Shown piece by piece: positions 8,894 to 17,921 of a stretch of DNA of 64,000 bases (positions are counted from its first letter, which is position 1; each line of letters opens with the position of its first letter). The notes under the pieces were generated by a model. It had not been told where the DNA came from, ran no database searches, and worked only from the letters and a program-made list of their open reading frames with translations. This DNA is from Candidatus Omnitrophota bacterium (lineage in GTDB: Bacteria > Omnitrophota > Gorgyraeia > Zapsychrales > Zapsychraceae): positions 5,295 through 69,294 of the forward strand of contig JAJDCA010000014.1 of NCBI GenBank assembly GCA_029261055.1. The letters run 5' to 3'. The position numbers were made by a program, and so were the translations under genes.

Positions 8894-9357
8894 AAGTTCC
8901 CTATACGCGGGTTTCCACTAATTTCAATCTTTCAATGTTTAAATTTAAGAATCAACCTCTTTTAAAGGTTGGTCTTTTAGGTCAAAATAATCAATGCATT
9001 AGAGCCACGGCGTATATTGACACAGGGGCTCAAGTATGTCTTTTTAATAAAGATTATGCTACTTTTTTGGGTATAAAAAATTACAAAGATACAGAAGAAA
9101 GTATTCCCTTAACTGGTATTGGTGGGAAAAAACCTGAAAATGTGGCCTATTTTCATAGTCTAACGTTGGTTGTTTTTAAAAATCAAAAAAAATTAGAAAT
9201 AAAGAATGCATATAAAATTCAGACAAAAATAGGTTTTTTGGAAAAAGAAATAGGGTTTGCTGGGATATTAGGTGTTTATGGATTTTTGGATCAATTCTCA
9301 TTTTTAGCTAATATCCCGGAACACTATTTTGAATTAACACCGAAGTTTGTAGCTTAG
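8881..9357 (+). CDS. retropepsin-like (clan AA) aspartic protease
   Basis: YIDTGAQ active-site motif (hydrophobic-hydrophobic-D-T-G-A). ~160 aa, typical of single-domain bacterial retropepsins. Confidence 0.65.
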   Translation: MSSLKVPYTRVSTNFNLSMFKFKNQPLLKVGLLGQNNQCIRATAYIDTGAQVCLFNKDYATFLGIKNYKDTEESIPLTGIGGKKPENVAYFHSLTLVVFKNQKKLEIKNAYKIQTKIGFLEKEIGFAGILGVYGFLDQFSFLANIPEHYFELTPKFVA

Positions 9358-9398
9358 ATTAAGACATTTCCATTGTCAATTTATCGATATTTGCTAGA

Positions 9399-10253
9399 AT
9401 GGCACACATGCAGAAGATATCCGTAGCACACATCCAAAATAAAAAAGTTAAGCAAGAGAAAATCACGATGCTGACGGCGTATGATTATCCGATGGGGGTG
9501 TTGTTGGATAAAGCCGGGGTGGATATGGTGTTGGTGGGGGATTCTGTGGCCAATGTGGTTTTGGGGCTTGAATCGACCACAGAGGTGGGGATGTTTGAGA
9601 TGTTGCATCATGCCAAGGCGGTCCGTCGTGGAGTCAAAGAGGCTCTTTTGATAGGGGACATGCCGTATGAATCTTATCAAACAGCTACACAAGATGCCGT
9701 GGCCAATGCCAAACGTTTTGTGGATGAAGCGGGATGTGATGCGGTGAAATTAGAATGGTTTGACCGTTGTATTGAGGTGGCGGCTGATATTGTTCAGGCG
9801 GGCATTCCGGTGATGGGGCATGTGGGGTTAACACCTCAGACAGCTGAGCAATTAGGGGGGTTTAAAGTTCAGGGGAAGGATGCGGATTCTGCGAAGATTA
9901 TTATCGGGAATGCAAAGGCGTTGGAGGAAGCAGGGTGTTTTAGTATTGTTTTGGAGTGTGTTCCGGATAAAATTGCGCAATTAATTACAAAGCAATTATC
10001 CATTCCAACGATCGGGATTGGGGCTGGCCTTTATTGTGACGGACAGGTTCTGGTGACACACGATCTTTTAGGTTTGTTTGATCGTTTTCGTCCAAAATTT
10101 TCTAAACAGTATGTGGATTTAGGGGCCGCGGTTGTTGACGGTGTAAAGAATTTTTGTCAAGAGGTCCGTCAGGGTAAATTCCCCGATGAAGTGCATAGTT
10201 ATTCGATCAAACAAGAGGAATTATCTAAGATAAACGGAGGTGATCTTGTATGA
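9399..10253 (+). CDS. panB: 3-methyl-2-oxobutanoate hydroxymethyltransferase
   Basis: [18 protein letters not shown] and GHVGLTPQ motifs, all characteristic of PanB. Confidence 0.85.
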   Translation: MAHMQKISVAHIQNKKVKQEKITMLTAYDYPMGVLLDKAGVDMVLVGDSVANVVLGLESTTEVGMFEMLHHAKAVRRGVKEALLIGDMPYESYQTATQDAVANAKRFVDEAGCDAVKLEWFDRCIEVAADIVQAGIPVMGHVGLTPQTAEQLGGFKVQGKDADSAKIIIGNAKALEEAGCFSIVLECVPDKIAQLITKQLSIPTIGIGAGLYCDGQVLVTHDLLGLFDRFRPKFSKQYVDLGAAVVDGVKNFCQEVRQGKFPDEVHSYSIKQEELSKINGGDLV

Positions 10254-10588
10254 AAAAATGTCCTTTTTGTGCGGAAGAAATTCAAGATCAAGCTATTAAA
10301 TGTCGGTTTTGTGGTGAATTTTTGAATAAAGATAAAGAAGCACCTGTACATGAAAAACCAAAATGGTTTTTTAAGACATCCAGTTTGGTTGTTGGTTTTT
10401 TATTTGTGGGGCCTTTTATTTTACCCGTGATTTGGTTTAACCCGCGGTTTTCAACGATGAAAAAAATTATTTTTAGTCTCATTGTTTTTATTGTTTCTAT
10501 AATTCTTTTAAAAATACTGATGATGAGTTTCGAATCGATCAATGAATACTATGAAATTTTTCAGGATATGAATCAAGCAAGGAGTTAG
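10250..10588 (+). CDS. zinc-ribbon (CPFC..CRFC) membrane protein, hypothetical
   Basis: N-terminal CxxC-x9-CxxC motif followed by two hydrophobic helices. Confidence 0.45.
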   Translation: MKKCPFCAEEIQDQAIKCRFCGEFLNKDKEAPVHEKPKWFFKTSSLVVGFLFVGPFILPVIWFNPRFSTMKKIIFSLIVFIVSIILLKILMMSFESINEYYEIFQDMNQARS

Positions 10589-10593
10589 TACCT

Positions 10594-11451
10594 ATGGAAA
10601 ATATTGTAGAAAATAAAACACAAGATGTGGGGATTGAATGGCAGAAAGTCGATGGGTTTACGGATATCACATATCATAAAGCCGACGGTATTGCAAAAAT
10701 TACAATTAATCGACCTGAGGTACGCAATGCCTTTCGTCCTTTGACGGTGCACGAAATGTCAGAAGCTTTGGCTGATGCGCGCGATGATGAAGATATTGGG
10801 GCGATTATTTTAACAGGTGAAGGTGAGAAAGCTTTTTGTTCTGGAGGGGATCAAAAAATTCGTGGCGAAGCCGGATACAAAGATCATAAATCTGGAAATA
10901 AAAATCGATTAAATGTGTTGGATTTTCAGCGACAGATGCGTACGTGTCCGAAACCAATTATTGCGATGGTGGCTGGGTATGCTGTGGGTGGCGGTCACGT
11001 TTTGCATTTATTGTGTGATATCACAATTGCTGCCGACAATGCGATCTTTGGACAAACTGGCCCGAAGGTGGGGTCATTTGACGGTGGTTACGGCGCGAGT
11101 TACATGGCACGGATTGTTGGACAAAAGAAGGCGCGAGAAATTTGGTTTTTGTGTCGTCAGTACAGTGCCCAAGAAGCGTTAGATATGGGATTGGTGAACA
11201 AAGTTGTTCCTTATGCCGATTTAGAAAAAGAAACGGTTCAATGGTGCCGTGAAATTTTAGTTAATTCTCCGATGGCCATACGCTGCCTTAAAGCTGCACT
11301 TAATGCTGACTGCGACGGCCAAGCCGGTCTGCAAGAACTCGCGGGTAATGCCACGATGTTATTTTACATGACCGAAGAAGGCCAGGAAGGCCGCAATGCC
11401 TTTGTCGAAAAACGTAAACCGGATTTTAAAAAATTTCCACGAAGACCTTAA
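10594..11451 (+). CDS. menB: 1,4-dihydroxy-2-naphthoyl-CoA synthase (crotonase fold)
   Basis: Enoyl-CoA hydratase fold with FCSGGDQ and [11 protein letters not shown] motifs. Lies in a men gene neighbourhood. Confidence 0.85.
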   Translation: MENIVENKTQDVGIEWQKVDGFTDITYHKADGIAKITINRPEVRNAFRPLTVHEMSEALADARDDEDIGAIILTGEGEKAFCSGGDQKIRGEAGYKDHKSGNKNRLNVLDFQRQMRTCPKPIIAMVAGYAVGGGHVLHLLCDITIAADNAIFGQTGPKVGSFDGGYGASYMARIVGQKKAREIWFLCRQYSAQEALDMGLVNKVVPYADLEKETVQWCREILVNSPMAIRCLKAALNADCDGQAGLQELAGNATMLFYMTEEGQEGRNAFVEKRKPDFKKFPRRP

Positions 11452-11533
11452 CAGTCATCAGCTATCAGTCCTCAGCCTTCAGTATACTTTATTATTTACT
11501 GATGTCTGAAGTCTGATAGCTGACGGCTAAATA
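11452..11533. terminator. imperfect ~30-bp inverted repeat (long hairpin) downstream of menB
   Basis: GTCATCAGCTATCAGTCCTCAGCCTTCAGTA ... TACTGATGTCTGAAGTCTGATAGCTGAC. Confidence 0.35.
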
Positions 11534-11535
11534 TT

Positions 11536-12417
11536 ATGATTTCATCACTCAAACTTTGGTTTATGGCCATTCGGCCAAAAACATTAACCGCCGCCGTGGC
11601 GCCGGTGTTGATCGGCACGGCGATGGCTTTCGGCGATGGCATTCATCATTTGCCAACCGCTTTTCTTTGTCTTTTCGGCGCTATTCTTATTCAAATCGGT
11701 ACGAATTTGGCCAATGATTATTTCGATTTCAAAAAAGGGACGGACGACGTAGATCGTATCGGGCCGACGCGGGTTACGCAGGCAGGGCTGATTTCACCCG
11801 AAGTGGTGAAATTTGCCTTTATTTTGACATTTGTTCTATCGGCATTGGTGTGTATTGCATTGGTTATCCGTGGTGGTTGGCCGATTGCGGTGATCGGTAT
11901 TCTTTCGATTATTTCCGGCATTCTTTACACGGCAGGGCCGAAACCTTTAGGGTATATGGGGCTGGGAGATGTTTTTGTTTTTGTTTTCTTTGGTCCTGTG
12001 GCAGTCGCTGGAACGTATTATGTGCAATCCTTTGAAATGAATATGGCCGTCATCCTTGCCGGTGTGGCGCCGGGTTTAATTTCCGCCGGAATTTTAACCG
12101 TCAATAATTTGCGAGATATTGTTGGAGATAAAAAATCTGGTAAAAAAACGCTGGCTGTTCGTTTTGGTCGTTCGTTTGCACAGAGTGAATATTTGTTTTC
12201 GATGATTGCCGCCTCGCTGGTGCCGGTATTGATTTATGCTCTCATTCAGGATCATTTACCCATTTTAATGGGTACAGTCGTGAGTCTTTTGGCTATTCCT
12301 ATTATGAAAAAGGTTTTGGTTTCTACGGATGGCCCTGCGCTTAACCTTGCCTTAGCGAAAACCGGAAAATTATTATTAATTTACAGTGTGCTTTTTTCGA
12401 TAGGTTGGATTTTATGA
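11536..12417 (+). CDS. menA: 1,4-dihydroxy-2-naphthoate polyprenyltransferase (UbiA family)
   Basis: Multi-pass membrane protein with the NDYFD Asp-rich prenyltransferase motif. Confidence 0.8.
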   Translation: MISSLKLWFMAIRPKTLTAAVAPVLIGTAMAFGDGIHHLPTAFLCLFGAILIQIGTNLANDYFDFKKGTDDVDRIGPTRVTQAGLISPEVVKFAFILTFVLSALVCIALVIRGGWPIAVIGILSIISGILYTAGPKPLGYMGLGDVFVFVFFGPVAVAGTYYVQSFEMNMAVILAGVAPGLISAGILTVNNLRDIVGDKKSGKKTLAVRFGRSFAQSEYLFSMIAASLVPVLIYALIQDHLPILMGTVVSLLAIPIMKKVLVSTDGPALNLALAKTGKLLLIYSVLFSIGWIL

Positions 12418-13490
12418 AAATCATTTCTTTTCAAACCTACAGATACGTTTTGCCTTTTGTGAATCCGATATCTGTGCGAGGTGTTAAGCTTTCGCAGAGG
12501 GAGGGGCTGATTATTCATTGCACGTCAGAACAAGGTATTGAAGGTTTTGGCGAGGCGGCCCCCTTACCGGGATTAAGTGAAGAAAGTTTAGAAGATGTTA
12601 TTGAAGAAGTCGAAATGTTTGAAAGTGTTTTGTTAGATCAGGATGTTCCAAAAAATATTGAAAAGTTTGAAGGCGCTTTGACAGAATGGCTTTCCGCATA
12701 TTCGCTTAGTCCATCGTTACAGTTTGCTATCGAAACGGCCATGTTAAATTTGATGGCGAATAGTCGTAAGATTCTTTTAAGTCAGCTATTCGAAGAATCC
12801 CCAGTAGAGAACATTAGTGTTAATGGTTTATTACAAGGGACAATGGATGAGGTTGTTTTACAAGCGAAGGCATGTTTGTTAAATGGATTTACCGCCATGA
12901 AATTAAAGGTTGGTCGAAAAGATATGGATGAAGATATTCGTAATGTTCAGGCGGTATCAGAAATTATTAGAGATAAAGCTTTGTTACATTTGGATGCGAA
13001 TCAGGCTTGGACATTAAAGGAAGCCGTTAAGTTTGGGCAAGCTATCGGTTGCGCGTGTGTGGATTATATTGAAGAGCCATTACAAGATGTGGCAGGGATA
13101 CCAGAATTTTTTCATCAGACATTAATCCCTGCGGCTTTGGATGAATCATTACAGAATTTAGATATTAAAGATGTTGGTTCGATCGAAGGGGCTGATGTTG
13201 TAGTTGTTAAACCTACTATTTTGGGCGGCATTGAAAAAACTTACCATCTTATCAAATATGCCAGAGAACGTGCTTTACGGTGTGTTGTCAGTTCCTCATT
13301 TGAATCTTCCATTGGAGTTACTACTTTAGCGCATTTGGCCGCAAGCCTCACACCTCGCACCGCAGCTGGATTAGATACCTTAAAATTCTTTCAAAAAGAT
13401 GTCTTGAAAAAAGGTGTTTTTATTCAAAAAGGTAAGATTCCTCTTTCTCAATGCCGGGTCCGGAAAGAAAATGTCCAAATCAATGTTTAA
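12405..13490 (+). CDS. menC: o-succinylbenzoate synthase (enolase superfamily)
   Basis: MKLKVG...LDANQAW...IEEP catalytic Lys/Asp/Glu pattern of the MR/MLE family. Sits in men context. Confidence 0.75.
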   Translation: MDFMKIISFQTYRYVLPFVNPISVRGVKLSQREGLIIHCTSEQGIEGFGEAAPLPGLSEESLEDVIEEVEMFESVLLDQDVPKNIEKFEGALTEWLSAYSLSPSLQFAIETAMLNLMANSRKILLSQLFEESPVENISVNGLLQGTMDEVVLQAKACLLNGFTAMKLKVGRKDMDEDIRNVQAVSEIIRDKALLHLDANQAWTLKEAVKFGQAIGCACVDYIEEPLQDVAGIPEFFHQTLIPAALDESLQNLDIKDVGSIEGADVVVVKPTILGGIEKTYHLIKYARERALRCVVSSSFESSIGVTTLAHLAASLTPRTAAGLDTLKFFQKDVLKKGVFIQKGKIPLSQCRVRKENVQINV

Positions 13491-13628
13491 ATATAAAATA
13501 TTTATTTATGAAGATATTCTTGCCGTTGTGCGCTGAATACGTTTTCTCTTACCATTTTTTCAGCGTCATGAATTAATCTTACCAAGTCTTATTCTAATAA
13601 AAATATATTTTTGGCAGGGTAGTAAGGA

Positions 13629-13644
13629 ATATGTTATCTTTTCC
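13629..13644 (+). promoter_or_regulatory. conserved 16-mer AATATGTTATCTTTTC (extended -10-like), identical to 4040-4055
   Basis: Exact repeat seen upstream of both giant paralogs. Here it abuts the annotated ATG (13647), so the true start is probably downstream (ATG 13659). Confidence 0.5.
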
Positions 13645-13646
13645 AT

Positions 13647-16600
13647 ATGAAGTCGATTATGCGGAGTATTTTTTATTTTATTATTTATGTAATACTGTTA
13701 ACTTTTGGGATGACGACATGTTTTCCTTCAGGGGTAAGCTGTGCTCAGGATGTTTCAAGTTATCCTGTTGAATTAGGCTTGCCGCCTATTGGGCAAAGTC
13801 TTTCTTTAAGTCCTCTCTATGTGCCGCCATTGTTCAAAGGGTTAATGGTTTATCCTCAAGAGCCTTTTCGTTTTGATTTTATTATGGACACTGGGCATGC
13901 AGGTTTATTGCCTGATGAAAAAGCTACAGAAGGGGAAAAGTTGATGCGTTATTTTCTTGCAGCTTTGACTATTCCTGAGGATGAACTGTGGGTCAACCTT
14001 TCGCCGTACGAGGCAGATCGGATTATTCCTGATGCATTGGGTGTGACAGAAATGGGGCGGGATATGCTGGCGCAGGATTATTTACTCAAACAGTTGACGG
14101 CATCATTGATGAATCCTGAAGAAGAGTTAGGGGGAGAATTTTGGGATAGGGTGCACACACAGGCTTATGCACAGTACGGGGTGACGAATATTGACATGAA
14201 CATGTTTCATAAAATTTGGATTGTGCCGGAGAAGGCATTAGTTTATGAAAATACAGGGCAGGTATTTATTTTGGAGTCAAAGTTGAATGTTATGTTGGAG
14301 GAGGATTACAAGGCATTGAACAACAATAATCCCAATGCCGAGTCCCGAGCAACCCTTGGTGAAAATCAGTTGCGAGGGATCTCTACTAAAATTATCCGTG
14401 AAATTCTCATTCCCGCAATCAAACAAGAAATCAACCACGGCCAAACCTTCGCCCCTTTACGCCAAATTTATCATTCCATGATTCTCGCCACGTGGTACAA
14501 GCAGGCATTACAAGAAAGCCTGATTAATCAATCCTATTCCAATCAAAAAAAGACATTGGGTGTGGATATTGAAGATAAAGACGTTAAAGATAAAATTTAT
14601 CAGCAATACATTGCAGCCTTCAAGCAAGGAGTGTCTGACATTATCAGAGAAGATTATGATCCAGTCACCCAGGAAATTATTCCGCGAAAATATTTCTCTG
14701 GTGGGTTGATCGGAAAAGTTAAATTTATCGCAACCAACGATGCCTCCCAACTCACTACTGCCCAAGCCGTAGGCGACTGGGCACTTTTAGCAGGAGATGT
14801 ACAGCTTCGTAATTATTTAGAAATAGATTTAGGTGTGTCGGTGAATAAAATTAATACAGATGAGTATGTAAAAATACTTAATGATAAAGTATTTCAGAAT
14901 GTAGCAGCATTACTTGAGCAGAATAAATTTAGTCAAGCAAAGAAATTACTGTCTGTAGTCAGGAAAGGTTATGAAGAAATTAAACAGGTTAATCAAAATG
15001 CTGCGGTGGGAAGTCTTAATTATAAACGAGCAAAGATTGTTGAGTTGAATAGTAAGCATGTTGAGAATTTGATTCATGATATTGTTAGAGATGAATCGAA
15101 TATTGGTTTTTTATCTATTGATTATGAAGTTCGTAATCTTTTAAAAGTTTTTTTTGAGGAATATAATATTACAGAAGATGGGTTTAGGTTTTTTTTAGAT
15201 CATGTTTTACATGGAATGAGTATAGGCGATCTTAAAGAACGAATAGAAAAATTCTTTTTATGGGGGAATGCGAAAGTAACGGATGAAAAATTATCAAAAG
15301 AACTTGCCCAAAAGATATGGAATTTAGATTTTGAAGGGGGCGTAGGCCTAGAAACGTTTCCTGAGCGATCACGATTTGGTGAGAAAATTATTTTAAATCT
15401 TATTCAAAAATTGATGGATATTAATAAGCAGGAGTTAAATGTTGGAATTATTGGGGGGGGATGGTTTCCTGATAATGGGATGCCTTTTTCTAATGGACCA
15501 ATTATTACAGGAAAAATGGCTTACCGAATTGGGGAAATATGTTCTGCTTGTAGAGTTAGCGGGTTAGATATTTTTTTTCCTGTTGAAAAAGTTGAAGATT
15601 CTATAGGAAATATTCTTTTGGTAGATAAGGACGGATATTATGTTTCTGTGCAGGGGTCGAATATTTTAATAGAACCGTTTCTTGATATGCAAAAACGGTT
15701 GTTAAAAAAGAGAAAAATACTTTTAGCGATGCGGCAAGCTTCAGGAGATAATCCAGAGGTTTATGTGGTTGAAAAAAATGAAGGTTTGATTGAAGCAGGA
15801 GATCGTATAGTAAGAAATCCTCTTGATCGATATGTAGAAAGATTTCATGATGTTAATCGAGGTGGTCAAGGGGTTAAATTGAAGAATTTACATTTTCAGA
15901 GAGCAGGAAAAAATTTTGAGTTGTACAGTGAAAAGAAATTTGATGGGATATATACAGCTAATACGGGTTGGAGAAATTTGCCTGAAACGTATTTGGATGG
16001 TATGCAAAAATGGGGAAAGAAAATTAAAAAGGGAGGTTTTTTAGTAAGTGAAATTAATTTTCCAAAGGGGTTCCCTCTTGTTGTAGGTGAATTCCAAAAA
16101 GGAGAAGATGAGTTGTCTTTAATGAAACTCCATTTTTCTATGTGGGATTATTATTCAATTATTTCATCTGGAAGAATTTTTGATAGTAAAGATGCTTTTG
16201 ATCATATCGTCGAGACGAAATATCGTAATATTCTTATGGAGGTTTGGAAAAAATTGATCAATATTAAAGGTGGGGATTTAACAATAATAGGAGCGGACCT
16301 TACTGAAGAGTTTATTGATAATGTAAAAGTTGAATTAAACGGCTTAGCCGCCGTCCACATTGCCGATGCGGAGGAGGGGCGGGAAGGGCATTTGGTGGTG
16401 ACGATTGATTTTGATAAGTCAATGATGGGGGGGGATAACTCTGGGCGTAAAAAAAATAAACGGACTGTTTTTGTGGAAACATTGGTTAAGAAGTGGATAA
16501 AGAAAAATAAGGGTAAGAGAATAAGAAAAATTCCTATAAGTGGTGCAGCATTAGGAGGGATTGTGATGCTCAGTAAAGAGACTGCGCTTAAAGCTGTTAA

Positions 16601-17357
16601 ATATTCTAGTGATGGAAAAGTTGAAACAACATATAAACCGGCATTGCTTGATGAATATGATTTTTTGGTATTTATGAAAAAAATTTTAAATGAGTCCCCA
16701 GGTGCGTATCAGAGTGTGGAATTCTTAAAGGTTAGGATAAATTTAAAAAATAAATTTGATAATATCATAGATAAAATTCGGAAAGTAGAAGAGGAAAATA
16801 GTAATAAAAAATTAAAAGGAAAGAAAAGAATTGGAGGGCAGCCCGGTTATAACAAAATGGCATTGGATGATTTTGTGGCATATACAAGAAAAAGGAAGAA
16901 ACATCTCGATACATTTCCAATTAAATCAATAGAATTGCAATTTTTATTTGGTTTTCCTAAAAGGGAGAATATTTCAACATATCGCTCTCGATATTTAGGT
17001 GGGCTTATTATAAAGGAGCCTCTGGACAAAAATGACAAGATAAATTTTTTAAAGTTAATTCGTAGATGGGCAAAAAAATATGAAGGGGAAAATGAAATTA
17101 TTAAAGAAATGCCTGGGAAAATTAACGTTATGCTAAAAGATTTTGCGGCTTTGGCTTTACCTCAGCAAGGTGGAGTTGATTTTAATCCGCAATATTTGGA
17201 TTTACAAAGGCAAGGGAATAGGATAGATTCAGCTGTACTGACAGAAGGCCTGACGCAAGGTCAGATTCATTTTGATGGTTTGGAGCCTGTGGTTTTACGC
17301 GTTTTGCCGGTGACGGATATTGTGGGGTTGTTTGAGGCTTCAGGAGTTATGTGGTAA
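13647..17357 (+). CDS. giant secreted protein, paralog 2 (1236 aa)
   Basis: N-terminal signal peptide. The ~330-aa N-terminal domain is ~55-60% identical to paralog 1, with ~80% nucleotide-identity tracts. The core is divergent, and the C-terminal motif (GGVDFN..LDLQ..HFDGLEP..PV) is shared. Confidence 0.8.
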   Translation: MKSIMRSIFYFIIYVILLTFGMTTCFPSGVSCAQDVSSYPVELGLPPIGQSLSLSPLYVPPLFKGLMVYPQEPFRFDFIMDTGHAGLLPDEKATEGEKLMRYFLAALTIPEDELWVNLSPYEADRIIPDALGVTEMGRDMLAQDYLLKQLTASLMNPEEELGGEFWDRVHTQAYAQYGVTNIDMNMFHKIWIVPEKALVYENTGQVFILESKLNVMLEEDYKALNNNNPNAESRATLGENQLRGISTKIIREILIPAIKQEINHGQTFAPLRQIYHSMILATWYKQALQESLINQSYSNQKKTLGVDIEDKDVKDKIYQQYIAAFKQGVSDIIREDYDPVTQEIIPRKYFSGGLIGKVKFIATNDASQLTTAQAVGDWALLAGDVQLRNYLEIDLGVSVNKINTDEYVKILNDKVFQNVAALLEQNKFSQAKKLLSVVRKGYEEIKQVNQNAAVGSLNYKRAKIVELNSKHVENLIHDIVRDESNIGFLSIDYEVRNLLKVFFEEYNITEDGFRFFLDHVLHGMSIGDLKERIEKFFLWGNAKVTDEKLSKELAQKIWNLDFEGGVGLETFPERSRFGEKIILNLIQKLMDINKQELNVGIIGGGWFPDNGMPFSNGPIITGKMAYRIGEICSACRVSGLDIFFPVEKVEDSIGNILLVDKDGYYVSVQGSNILIEPFLDMQKRLLKKRKILLAMRQASGDNPEVYVVEKNEGLIEAGDRIVRNPLDRYVERFHDVNRGGQGVKLKNLHFQRAGKNFELYSEKKFDGIYTANTGWRNLPETYLDGMQKWGKKIKKGGFLVSEINFPKGFPLVVGEFQKGEDELSLMKLHFSMWDYYSIISSGRIFDSKDAFDHIVETKYRNILMEVWKKLINIKGGDLTIIGADLTEEFIDNVKVELNGLAAVHIADAEEGREGHLVVTIDFDKSMMGGDNSGRKKNKRTVFVETLVKKWIKKNKGKRIRKIPISGAALGGIVMLSKETALKAVKYSSDGKVETTYKPALLDEYDFLVFMKKILNESPGAYQSVEFLKVRINLKNKFDNIIDKIRKVEEENSNKKLKGKKRIGGQPGYNKMALDDFVAYTRKRKKHLDTFPIKSIELQFLFGFPKRENISTYRSRYLGGLIIKEPLDKNDKINFLKLIRRWAKKYEGENEIIKEMPGKINVMLKDFAALALPQQGGVDFNPQYLDLQRQGNRIDSAVLTEGLTQGQIHFDGLEPVVLRVLPVTDIVGLFEASGVMW

Positions 17358-17440
17358 TAAAAATAGTTGCGATTTAAAAAATATCTGGATGTGACTAAAA
17401 GAGCATGGTATTCTTTGAATAGAGAAAGGGAGGTTATAAA

Positions 17441-17659
17441 ATGTATAAGTCCAGTATTGTGAATGATATTCTTCAAAGAGCTTCTTCATTATCTCTGGAG
17501 GAGCAAAATTTTATTGTGGAGACGCTTAATAAGCGTATTCATGAGTATCGGAGAAATAAAATTGTACGACGGGTGAAGGAGGCTGAAAAGAATTACGGTA
17601 AAGGGAATGTAAGCAAAGGTAAGGTTAGTGATTTAATGAGTGAGTTAGATGATGATTAG
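17441..17659 (+). CDS. putative antitoxin (72 aa)
   Basis: AGGGAGG ribosome-binding site. Overlaps by 11 nt with a RelE/YafQ-like toxin gene. Confidence 0.45.
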   Translation: MYKSSIVNDILQRASSLSLEEQNFIVETLNKRIHEYRRNKIVRRVKEAEKNYGKGNVSKGKVSDLMSELDDD

Positions 17660-17921
17660 TCTAATTTGGGATGCCGCGTTTATTCGGATTCTTAAAAAAT
17701 GGAAGAAAAAACATCCGCATTTAATTAAAACTTTCCAAGAAGTGCTCTCTGAATTTGTTAAAAATCCTTTTCAACCTTCCCTACGAACACACTGTTTGAG
17801 TGGTAAGTTAAAAGACTGTTGGGCTTGTAGTATTACTTACGAATATCGCGTAGTATTTAAATTTATTTCCAAGAATAAAGTGCTGCTTATCGATATTGGA
17901 ACGCATGACGAAGTATACTAA
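17649..17921 (+). CDS. RelE/YafQ-family type II toxin (mRNA interferase)
   Basis: C-terminal HCLSGKLKDCWACSITYEYRVVFKF..LLIDIGTHDEVY matches the YafQ/RelE signature. Confidence 0.65.
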   Translation: MMISLIWDAAFIRILKKWKKKHPHLIKTFQEVLSEFVKNPFQPSLRTHCLSGKLKDCWACSITYEYRVVFKFISKNKVLLIDIGTHDEVY

